Positions 16,022 to 23,848 of a stretch of DNA of 64,000 nt are shown here, piece after piece. Location of the stretch: positions 391,600-455,599 of the forward strand of contig DASZLX010000018.1 in the NCBI GenBank assembly GCA_035552155.1. Direction: 5' to 3'. Under the pieces are notes generated by a model. That model saw only the letters and a program-made list of their open reading frames with translations. It was not told the DNA's origin and made no database searches. Numbering within the stretch: the first letter of the stretch is position 1; each line of letters starts with the position of its first letter. The translations under genes and the position numbers were made by a program. This stretch comes from Verrucomicrobiia bacterium (GTDB lineage: Bacteria; Verrucomicrobiota; Verrucomicrobiia; Limisphaerales; DASXHY01).

Positions 16022-16699
16022 TCAGTGCATGGGGCTGTCTTCCGTGCTTTGATCGCTGTTGGTGGTTTCTGCCTGTCCATTTTGATTCGGCTGATCCTGA
16101 TGAATTTTTCCCGCGCCCCCGGGCTGGGCGGTTTGATTCACGGCATTGCTGTTGGAATTCTGCGCGCCGCGGCCGGTATTTTGATAAATCGCCGGCGGAT
16201 TATTGCCCCCGACAGACGTGGGATTCAGGAGTGGATTGACCGGCTGATTGCCCGTGTCGGTTTCCCGTGGCGAGGGGCTGGAAAAGACCTGCAACTGGTT
16301 GTTGATGGCGACGACGCCCGTGGCCTGTTGCGCAATGGCTTCGATCTGACGTTTCTGTTCCTCGCTTTGGACCGAACCATTCAATAGCACGGCGCCATTA
16401 TTCGCGCTGATTTGAACGTTCGAAACAATCGGCGCAATTTCCGCGTTGCGACGCAACGACTCGCGTACGGATGCGACAATGGCATTGTCGGATTGAGTAG
16501 CGCTTTTTCCGGAAGCAGAGGCGGCTGCGGACATGACCGGCGACGAAACCGCCGCGTGGGGGCCGTTAAAATCACTCATTCGACCCGCGGAATAGACGGG
16601 AGAAATACTTGGATCATAGTGGGCGGTTTCCTGATTATCAGCGCAACCCGCCGCCATCAAAAGCCCGGCGGCCATTGCGAGGATATTTGAAATTTTCAT
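16022..16699 (-). CDS. BON domain-containing lipoprotein
   Basis: Lipobox LLMAAGC. BON domain IVASVRESLRRNAEIAPIVSNVQISANNGAVLLNGSVQSEEQKRQIEAIAQQATGVVAINNQLQV. Low-complexity Asn/Gln/Gly-rich tail. Confidence 0.8.
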   Translation of the reverse strand: MKISNILAMAAGLLMAAGCADNQETAHYDPSISPVYSAGRMSDFNGPHAAVSSPVMSAAASASGKSATQSDNAIVASVRESLRRNAEIAPIVSNVQISANNGAVLLNGSVQSEEQKRQIEAIAQQATGVVAINNQLQVFSSPSPRETDTGNQPVNPLLNPTSVGGNNPPAIYQNTGRGAQNSNSNAVNQTAQPGGAGKIHQDQPNQNGQAETTNSDQSTEDSPMH

Positions 16700-16728
16700 G
16701 TTTGCCTGACTTAATTGAGCGCCCGCCG

Positions 16729-17172
16729 CTACACATTGGGATCTATTTCCAGTTGGTCCGTGATTTGGCTGACGCCCATAATGTTACGAAGATTGTCCAC
16801 GATGACCCGAGCATCGAGGTCCGATTTTACCGTTCCGCGAAGGAAAATGCGTCCGTTTTGCAGCACAATGGTAACGTGTTCGAGCGACGGCGCCAGGCCC
16901 CGGTCGTATTCAAGTTGCTGCCGGATGACATCGGCCACCGCGACGTCCGCGCGGCTGTTCCCGCTCTCGTTTGATTTAACGACTATGTTGGGCTCTTCCG
17001 CAGGATAACTCGCGGTCTCAGGATAGACGCGGCTGGTGGCGACGCCGGTGGGGGGCAACAGGCCCTCGCGTTGCCATTCGGAAATCGTAGGGTCCTGCTG
17101 CACCGGAGCGGCGCATCCGGCAATGAGCAAAACGAGTGGGGACACCCAAAAAAGCCGTTTCATATTTTTCAT
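16729..17172 (-). CDS. BON domain-containing lipoprotein
   Basis: ATG 17172 gives MKNMKRLFWVSPLVLLIAGC (lipobox). BON domain VADVIRQQLEYDRGLAPSLEHVTIVLQNGRIFLRGTVKSDLDARVIVDNLRNIMGVSQITDQLEI. The track ORF start at 17346 adds a non-protein-like leader. Confidence 0.75.
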   Translation of the reverse strand: MKNMKRLFWVSPLVLLIAGCAAPVQQDPTISEWQREGLLPPTGVATSRVYPETASYPAEEPNIVVKSNESGNSRADVAVADVIRQQLEYDRGLAPSLEHVTIVLQNGRIFLRGTVKSDLDARVIVDNLRNIMGVSQITDQLEIDPNV

Positions 17173-17290
17173 AAATCGTTTTCTCCTCTTGAACCTCACT
17201 TGGGAGAGACACCTATGCCATGGGGAATTGGCCTCATAAAAAAACGGCCCCGGATTCCGAGGCCGTTTCTTTGACAACCACTTTGGGAAT

Positions 17291-17434
17291 TTACTGGTCA
17301 GATTTGTCTTGAATCGACTGACCGGCATTTTCCATGTCTTCGCCAAAACCGTGGGCCGTGTGACAGCCGGTAAAGACGATTTGGCTCACGATGGCGACCA
17401 AAACGCAGATGACGGTTCGTTTCAGCATTTTCAT
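17291..17434 (-). CDS. Entericidin A/B-family small lipoprotein (47 aa)
   Basis: Below the ORF-track size cut-off; found by hand translation: MKMLKRTVICVLVAIVSQIVFTGCHTAHGFGEDMENAGQSIQDKSDQ*. It has a lipobox (FTGC) and the entericidin core G-x-GED-x(4)-G-x-x-I. An AAGGAG Shine-Dalgarno lies 7 nt upstream of ATG 17434. Confidence 0.75.
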   Translation of the reverse strand: MKMLKRTVICVLVAIVSQIVFTGCHTAHGFGEDMENAGQSIQDKSDQ

Positions 17435-17468
17435 TTTTAACTCCTTCGGTTTCTGACCTCGGCGCGCG

Positions 17469-17627
17469 TCACAATCTTCCGAGCAACGCGAGAATAACGA
17501 TAATCACCAGCAGCAGCCCCACGATGCCGCCGGGCCCATACCCCCAGCTATTGCTGTATCCCCAAGTGGGAAGCACCCCGATTAGCGCGAGTATCAATAG
17601 GATTATTAATATTGTTCCAAGGCTCAT
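17469..17627 (-). CDS. DUF3309 family small membrane protein
   Basis: MSLGTILIILLILALIGVLPTWGYSNSWGYGPGGIVGLLLVIIVILALLGRL: two TM helices flanking the conserved W-G-Y/G-P-G loop. ATG 17627 is preferred over the track start at 17657. Confidence 0.75.
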   Translation of the reverse strand: MSLGTILIILLILALIGVLPTWGYSNSWGYGPGGIVGLLLVIIVILALLGRL

Positions 17628-17916
17628 AACGTCTTCTTTCTTAAGTTTCGGTCCCAACCCGTTTCACAGTGAAACGCATCGACCGAATCCTGTCATAGTT
17701 TCCGGTGAGAGCGGATGGATACCAATAGGGTCTAGCCCCCGAAACCTATGGAAAATCCATGGAATCGTGGGTAGGAGTTCTTGGAGAAGACGTATGAGGG
17801 CGGTCGTTCGAAGGGCTGATTAATCTCCTCAAAGAGCTTTTGCGGTTCGCAGAGCTTGTTGAAATGTTGGGGACTCGTGGAACTCGTCCCTCCGAAATTC
17901 GTCCCCGAAACCTGGC

Positions 17917-18600
17917 TTACAAAGCCGGGGACCGCAGACCGGCGCTGCTCTCGATAATCCCTTTGGCAATGGCGTGGCGGGTGAGACCGGCCACGTCGTG
18001 GATGCCGAGCTTGTTCATCACTTGCTGGCGGTGTTTTTCCACCGTTTTAATGCTGATGCACAATTCCGAGGCGATCTGTTTATTGGCACGCCCTTCCGCA
18101 ATCAGTTGCAATACTTCCGCTTCGCGCGCCGTAAGCTGGTCCGTCCGTCGCTTCGTGGGTTGGCCGGTGGCAAAGGCTTCGCGGCATTGGTCGCGCAACC
18201 GTTTGGCAATGGAAGGGCTGAAATAGGCGTTCCCCTTGTGAGCCTCGCGAATCGCTTTGAGCAATTCGTTCGCCGCGGTTTGTTTGATCAGATACCCCGC
18301 GGCGCCCGCCTCCGTCAATTGCTGCACGTATTCGTCATCGCTGTAGGAGGAAAGAATGAGCACCTTCGTGGACGGCAGCATTCGCGTGATTTGCCGCGTG
18401 GCCTCCAGTCCATTGAGCTGAGGCATGGCGATGTCGATGACGGCCACGTCGGGTGTGAGCTGGCGCGCAATCTGGACCGCCTGCCGGCCGTTTTCAGCCT
18501 CGCCGACGATTTCAATATCACCTTCCGCTGCGAGCAACGCACGCAGTCCCTGCCGGACCACGGTGTGGTCATCCGCTAAAATCACTCTAATTTTTTGCAT
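17917..18600 (-). CDS. NarL/LuxR-family response regulator (no adjacent kinase)
   Basis: REC domain (RVILADDHTVVRQGL, DVAVIDIAMPQLNG, KVLILSSY) plus a LuxR HTH (LTAREAEVLQLIAEGRANKQIASELCISIKTVEKHR). Confidence 0.9.
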   Translation of the reverse strand: MQKIRVILADDHTVVRQGLRALLAAEGDIEIVGEAENGRQAVQIARQLTPDVAVIDIAMPQLNGLEATRQITRMLPSTKVLILSSYSDDEYVQQLTEAGAAGYLIKQTAANELLKAIREAHKGNAYFSPSIAKRLRDQCREAFATGQPTKRRTDQLTAREAEVLQLIAEGRANKQIASELCISIKTVEKHRQQVMNKLGIHDVAGLTRHAIAKGIIESSAGLRSPAL

Positions 18601-18868
18601 AGCTTTGGAGCGTGAAATTTTCGCGTCACTGTCGACAATAGCGCCATTCGAATTTTTGTGCCACCGATTTCACCAAGTTTTTTCAAGAGCATGCATTTGA
18701 AGAGCGAGGCAAGGATCGTTGCTCTTGGCGCGCTATCATGGTGACAGTTCCGCCCGGAAAATATTTCGAAACTGTTGTTCAGGTCCCGGTCTTGTCGGCG
18801 CTGTGCCGGGGGGAAACCCTACCACGAAATTTTTTGCGGGCGATGGCAACGTGCATCATGCTGGGAAA

Positions 18869-21499
18869 ATGTTTCGCCTTCGTTTTGCCGCCGGAATGCT
18901 CGCGGTCTTTACGCTCTGCAGCGCTCCTGCCGGGGAGTTGATTATTTCCGACGCCAATCCCCTGGCAATGCCTCCGGTCGGCGCGCACCAACTCCGGATT
19001 CTTTCTCCCACGCTGCTTGAACTCACACTGATTACGACGAAAAAGACGGAGGATTCTCCGCTCACTCAATGGAATTTCGCCGATCTGAACGGCAAGGCGC
19101 ATCTGCCGAACCAAAGCGAATTTCTGGTGCTCGTGAACGGAAGCACGAATAAGGTCCAAACCGTCGGCTTCAAACGGCGCGTGCTGTATGCGCCGCTGAA
19201 AGAACGCGATTTGCGCATCGGCAATTATCTCTACTTGCAACTTGCCGCGCCGATCAGTGACAATCAATCGGTCGCGGTGCTTGATCCGGACAAAAAACTC
19301 TGGCCAGCGGAAACTCATTTTGCCGGCAAGGCGGACCCGCTGCGATATAGTCCCGCCATTCACGTCAACCAGGTTGGTTATCTTCCCGCGCAATCCAAGA
19401 AAGCCATGGTGGGTTTTTATCTGGGCAACCTCGGGGAAATGAATGTGGGAGGAGCGATCCCTTCACCGGTTTTCAAAATCATCGAGGCCGCTTCTGGAAA
19501 AGAAGCTTTTACCGGCAACCTGACGCCGCGTCTGGATACCGGTTTTCCGTTCGTTTGTTATCAAAATGTTTTCGAAGCCGATTTTTCCGCTTTTAAAACT
19601 CCCGGCGAATACCGGCTTGAGGTTCCAGGGTTGGGCGCTTCGTTTCCATTTTTCATCGATGACGGCGTGGCGGCGGCATTTGCGCGGACTTATGCGCTGG
19701 GCATTTATCATCAGCGCTGCGGCATGGCGAATGAGATGCCGTTCACTCGTTTCACACACGACGCGTGCCACACGGCCCCGGCGGAAGTGCCGACGATGGC
19801 GGGCAAATTTGATTTCGTGAACCAAACGCTGGCGGGGTACGCGGCGGACGAAAATAAAAATCCCGCCCAGACCGCGCCGCCGCTTAAGAACGTGGCGGCA
19901 AGTCTTTATCCCTTCGTCAACAAGGGACCGGTGGACGTGCGCGGCGGCCATCATGACGCCGGTGATTACAGCAAATACACAGAGAACAGCGCGTGGTTTA
20001 TTCACTATCTTGTTTTCGCGGCGGATAATTTCCCCGGCGCCGCCGGCCTGGATAATCTTGGGCTTCCCGAAAGCGGCGATGGAAAAAGTGATTTGTTGCA
20101 GGAAGCGAAGTGGGAGGCGGATTTCCTCGCCAAAATGCAGGATGCGGACGGCGGATTCTATTTTCTGGTTTATCCGCGCGAACGCGAATACGAAATCGAT
20201 GTCCTCCCGGACCATGGCGATCCGCAAATTGTTTATCCCAAAACCACCGCGGTGACGGCGGCGGCTGTCGCGGCGCTGGCGCAGTGCGCATCATCGCCCA
20301 CGTTTAAGAAACAATTCCCCGAGGCCGCAGCTCTTTATCTCGACAAGGCCAAAAAAGGCTGGGCGTTTCTGGAACGCGCGATTGCCAAATACGGCCAGGA
20401 TGGCGCGTATCAAAAAATTACTCACTATGGCGATGATTCCACGGACAAAGACGAACTGGCCTGGGCGGCCTGCGAACTTTTTCTGGCGACGGGAGACGGC
20501 GCGTTTCAGGACAAGCTCGCGAACTGGTTGAAACCGTCCGATCCGGAAACCCGGATGTGGGGCTGGTGGCGGATGTACGCGTGCTGGGGAAATGCGATCC
20601 GCGATTACGCCTTCGCGGCGCGCAGCGGAAGGATCGGTCGCGAGCGGCTCATTCCGTCGCTGCTGGCCGATTGCGAGAACGAAATCATCGCCACTGCCGA
20701 TGACCAGTTGCATCGCTCGCAAGCCAGCGCTTACGGCACCAGTTTTCCAGCCGAAACGAAAGCGACGCGCACGGCGGGCTGGTATTTTTCCAGTGACGCG
20801 GCGTTTGAACTCGCCGTCGCGTGCCAGCTTAATTTTCCTCCGATGAACGACCCGCGCCCGAAATATGTGGATGCGATCCTCGGCAATTTGAATTACGAGG
20901 CCGGTTGCAATCCGGTGAATGTCACTTACCTCACCGGTTTGGGTTGGAAACGCCAGCGTGACATCGTGGATCAATACGCCGAAAACGACCGGCGCGTGCT
21001 TCCGCCCTCCGGTATTCCGCTGGGCAACATCCAAAGCAGCTTCGGCTCGTTGGAACTTTACGGCGATGAATTGGAGGCGCTGAGTTTTCCGAACGATTCG
21101 GATGAGACGGCGCCTTATCCGATTTACGATCGCTGGGGCGACAGTTTCAATTTGACGCAGGAGTTCGTAATCCCAAACCAGGCGCGGGCGCTGGCGTATC
21201 TCACATGGATGATGGGCCGCAGCCCATTGAGAAATCAGCCGTGGAAGGCGGCTGTAGCCAACATTTCCGGCCTGCCTTCACGGGCGCGCGCCGGGCAGCA
21301 ACTGAGCGTGACAATTTCCGCGAACGGTGTGGATTTATCACGCGCGCGAATTGTTTGGGAAGCGGGCAGCCAGGAACCCGCATTCGGAAAAAGTTTTTCC
21401 TTCGTGCCGGCCAACCGCGGTCCGCAATGGCTGGAAGCGGAAGCGCAATTGCCTGATGGACGCCGTGTTTTTGCGGTGACAAATTTTGTGGCGAAATAA
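18869..21499 (+). CDS. Secreted GH9-like glycoside hydrolase (876 aa), paralogue of the core of the giant protein
   Basis: ATG 18869 gives the signal peptide MFRLRFAAGMLAVFTLCSAPAGE. It is collinear with 7519-9999: beta-sandwich (LRILSPTLLELTLI...GFKRRVLYAPL), CelD_N-like Ig (LRYSPAIHVNQVGYLP), catalytic module (GGHHDAGDYSKY; KWEADFLAKMQDADGGFYF; DRWGDSFNLTQEFV), and a C-terminal Ig-like domain ending ...QLPDGRRVFAVTNFV. Confidence 0.85.
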   Translation: MFRLRFAAGMLAVFTLCSAPAGELIISDANPLAMPPVGAHQLRILSPTLLELTLITTKKTEDSPLTQWNFADLNGKAHLPNQSEFLVLVNGSTNKVQTVGFKRRVLYAPLKERDLRIGNYLYLQLAAPISDNQSVAVLDPDKKLWPAETHFAGKADPLRYSPAIHVNQVGYLPAQSKKAMVGFYLGNLGEMNVGGAIPSPVFKIIEAASGKEAFTGNLTPRLDTGFPFVCYQNVFEADFSAFKTPGEYRLEVPGLGASFPFFIDDGVAAAFARTYALGIYHQRCGMANEMPFTRFTHDACHTAPAEVPTMAGKFDFVNQTLAGYAADENKNPAQTAPPLKNVAASLYPFVNKGPVDVRGGHHDAGDYSKYTENSAWFIHYLVFAADNFPGAAGLDNLGLPESGDGKSDLLQEAKWEADFLAKMQDADGGFYFLVYPREREYEIDVLPDHGDPQIVYPKTTAVTAAAVAALAQCASSPTFKKQFPEAAALYLDKAKKGWAFLERAIAKYGQDGAYQKITHYGDDSTDKDELAWAACELFLATGDGAFQDKLANWLKPSDPETRMWGWWRMYACWGNAIRDYAFAARSGRIGRERLIPSLLADCENEIIATADDQLHRSQASAYGTSFPAETKATRTAGWYFSSDAAFELAVACQLNFPPMNDPRPKYVDAILGNLNYEAGCNPVNVTYLTGLGWKRQRDIVDQYAENDRRVLPPSGIPLGNIQSSFGSLELYGDELEALSFPNDSDETAPYPIYDRWGDSFNLTQEFVIPNQARALAYLTWMMGRSPLRNQPWKAAVANISGLPSRARAGQQLSVTISANGVDLSRARIVWEAGSQEPAFGKSFSFVPANRGPQWLEAEAQLPDGRRVFAVTNFVAK

Positions 21500-21775
21500 G
21501 CGGCGCGCGGACGTCGCTTTTCTTTTTCGAGCGTCGAATTTCCCCGCTCCGAGGAGAAAAAAACTTTCGTGGGGTCTTTCACGTGCGTTAGTCAGGTTCT
21601 TACCTCCTTTGTCAGGCGCGCCAGCGCCGCGTAGAGTTCTCGCAGGAAAATTCGCTGTGAAAAGATTGAAACAAAGTGGTCAGATAAATGTAACGCGCCC
21701 GACATTTTTCGGCGCGTGCATCCGCTGCAGATTCAATGAGCAAACCCCTCCTGCTCCTTTTCAAAGTTAATTCCT

Positions 21776-22504
21776 ATGCCTAACAACGAATTGAATACTC
21801 TGGTTCTGCGCCGGTTCGAAGCGGCGCAGACTCTCGCCGGCCGTTTTTTATTGAACGTGCACGTGGAATTTCAACGTTTCCGCGCCAGTTGGCTGGCCGG
21901 GGGCGGCGCCGCGCTCAAACGCGGTTTCGACATCGCGGCCAGCAGCCTGGCCCTGGTGGTGTTAAGCCCGCTCTTCGCGCTCATTGCCCTGCTGGTGAAA
22001 ATTGAAGACGGCGGGCCGATTTTCTTCCGCCAGATTCGCGTCGGCCAATTCGGGCGCGAGTTTAAAATGTTCAAGATGCGCTCCATGTGCCTGGACGCCG
22101 AACAACGGTTGAAGGAAATCCTGGAAAAGAATCATCACAAGGAAGGAATCACCTTCAAACTCAAAGATGACCCTCGCATCACGCGCGTGGGAAAATGGCT
22201 GCGCAAGTTTTCGCTCGATGAATTGCCCCAGCTTTATAACGTCCTGATTGGCGACATGTCGCTCGTGGGGCCGCGCCCGCCGCTGCCCCGGGAGGTGTGC
22301 AAATACTCGCTCGCCCATCGCCGCCGCCTGGCGGTCAAACCGGGCATCACCTGTATCTGGCAGATCAGCGGCCGCGCCGAAATTGATTTTTCAGGGCAAG
22401 TCCAGCTCGATGTCGATTACATCGAAAGCCAGGGCTTCTGGGTGGACGTTAAAATCCTGGCGAAGACGGTTCCCGCCGTTTTTTCAGGCAAAGGCGCGTG
22501 CTGA
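21776..22504 (+). CDS. Polyprenyl-phosphate sugar phosphotransferase (bacterial sugar transferase, small WbaP/EpsL-type priming enzyme)
   Basis: KRGFDIAASSLALVVLSPLFALIALLVKIEDGGPIFFRQIRVG..G..FKMFKMRSM and DELPQLYNVLIGDMSLVGPRP are the PF02397 hallmarks. Confidence 0.9.
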   Translation: MPNNELNTLVLRRFEAAQTLAGRFLLNVHVEFQRFRASWLAGGGAALKRGFDIAASSLALVVLSPLFALIALLVKIEDGGPIFFRQIRVGQFGREFKMFKMRSMCLDAEQRLKEILEKNHHKEGITFKLKDDPRITRVGKWLRKFSLDELPQLYNVLIGDMSLVGPRPPLPREVCKYSLAHRRRLAVKPGITCIWQISGRAEIDFSGQVQLDVDYIESQGFWVDVKILAKTVPAVFSGKGAC

Positions 22505-23367
22505 TGAGCAAAGCACTCCTCATTTGTCCGTCGGAACGTCCGGCGGTGGCCGAACTCTCGCGCATCGCCCCACTCGCGGCCATTCCGTTGCTGGGTCAAA
22601 GCCTGCTGGAGTATTGGCTTACCCACCTCGCGCTGGGAGGCTTCAAGGAAGTTCATGTCCTCGCAAACGACCGCCCGGAACAGATTCGGAAGCTCGCCGG
22701 CAACGGCGCGCGATGGGGGTTGAAAGTGGAGGTGACGGCGGAGGTGCGCGAACTGACGGCGGCCCAGGCGCAAATTAAATATGCGGCGGAAACTTCCATC
22801 GCCTCGGGGAACTGCATTGTTGCTCTGGAACATTTTCCCGGCGAGAACGATTGCCCGCTGTTCGCCAGTTATTCGAATTTTTTTGCCGGGCTCGCGCGGT
22901 GGATGCCCAAGGCAAAAACAATTGATCGCGTCGGCGTCCAGGAAGTTCAACCTGGAATATGGATCGGGCGCCACGCGCACGTTTCGCCCCAGGCGCAATT
23001 GCACGCGCCGTGCTGGATCGGCCAGCACGCCTTTGTCGGTGCGAATTGCATCATCGGGCCGATGGCCGTGCTCGAAAACCGCTCCTTCGTGGAAGGCGGC
23101 GCGGAGATCGTCAATAGTATCGTGGGGCCGGACACCTTCGTCGGCAAACTGGCCGCGTTGCGCCGGTCGCTGGCGCTGGGAAACACGCTGGTGAACTGGC
23201 AGACGAATTCCGCGGTTCAAATCAGCGATGCCTTTTTGATGTGCGCTTTACGCCGTCAGCCCACCTCGGAGAAATTCGTGCGCCGCGTGCTGGAACTGCT
23301 GTTCAGCGAGCCGAAGCCGGAAGCCACCCCTCTTGAGACCATCAATCAACAGGGAAGATTTACATGA
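22504..23367 (+). CDS. NTP-transferase-fold + left-handed beta-helix protein with a degenerate nucleotide-binding loop
   Basis: The ATG overlaps the upstream TGA (ATGA-type junction at 22502-22506). The N-terminus KALLICPSERPAV...PLAAIPLLGQSLLEYWLTHLALGGFKEVHVL aligns to sugar-1-P nucleotidyltransferases, but the G-G-x-G-T-R loop reads C-P-S-E-R-P. The C-terminus has hexapeptide repeats (IWIGRHAHVSPQAQL..CWIGQHAFVGANCIIG..). Confidence 0.6.
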   Translation: MSKALLICPSERPAVAELSRIAPLAAIPLLGQSLLEYWLTHLALGGFKEVHVLANDRPEQIRKLAGNGARWGLKVEVTAEVRELTAAQAQIKYAAETSIASGNCIVALEHFPGENDCPLFASYSNFFAGLARWMPKAKTIDRVGVQEVQPGIWIGRHAHVSPQAQLHAPCWIGQHAFVGANCIIGPMAVLENRSFVEGGAEIVNSIVGPDTFVGKLAALRRSLALGNTLVNWQTNSAVQISDAFLMCALRRQPTSEKFVRRVLELLFSEPKPEATPLETINQQGRFT

Positions 23368-23711
23368 AATTTGTTGTACACGGAGACACGTTAAACGTCA
23401 GCGAAATCAGGGAATTGGCCACGGCCACGGCGAATTCGTTCCAATCCGAATTGAGCGCCGCGATGCCAGCGGGGGTCAAACACATCGATCTCGATCTATC
23501 GCAAACCACGTTCGTTGATTGCGGCGGACTGGGCGCTCTGGTCGCAATTCGAAAAAGAACCGCCGACGGCCACGGGACCGCGACCATCCGTCTGGTCAAT
23601 CCGCCCAAGCCCCTCCAGCACATTGTCACGATGATGAAAATGGACGAGGTTTTTCCGCTGGAAACGGAAAAGCAGGCGCCCCTCCCTCCGCTGAACCGCC
23701 TGCGCAATTGA
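23364..23711 (+). CDS. STAS-domain protein (anti-sigma-factor-antagonist fold)
   Basis: ATGA overlap with the upstream gene. IDLDLSQTTFVDCGGLGALVAI aligns to the SpoIIAA L-S-F-M-D-S-S-G-L-G, with Cys (TGC 23520-23522) at the phospho-Ser position. Confidence 0.75.
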   Translation: MKFVVHGDTLNVSEIRELATATANSFQSELSAAMPAGVKHIDLDLSQTTFVDCGGLGALVAIRKRTADGHGTATIRLVNPPKPLQHIVTMMKMDEVFPLETEKQAPLPPLNRLRN

Positions 23712-23800
23712 ATCAGGCCGGAGCCGTCGAGAAGAGGCTCCCGATCGTCTCCCAAATCCGACCGTAGGTCTGCGTTTTCTTTTTCTGAGGCCTTCGCCCC

Positions 23801-23822
23801 ATTGCCGCGCGCGGCAATTTTT
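23801..23822 (+). terminator. Palindromic hairpin + T-run after the STAS gene (possible terminator/attenuator)
   Basis: attgccgcgcgcggcaat is a perfect 18-nt palindrome (7-bp stem, CGCG loop) followed by tttt. It lies 26 nt upstream of the MBOAT start. Confidence 0.45.
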
Positions 23823-23848
23823 CAGAACACTTTTCCCGGCTGAGATGT

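Noticed and set aside
17737-17913. 11-nt direct repeat ccccgaaacct (17737-17747 and 17903-17913) between the regulator and DUF3309 genes
   Set aside because: There are only two short copies and one abuts the regulator stop codon. That is within what chance could produce in GC-rich DNA, and I found no further copies upstream of the other stress genes.
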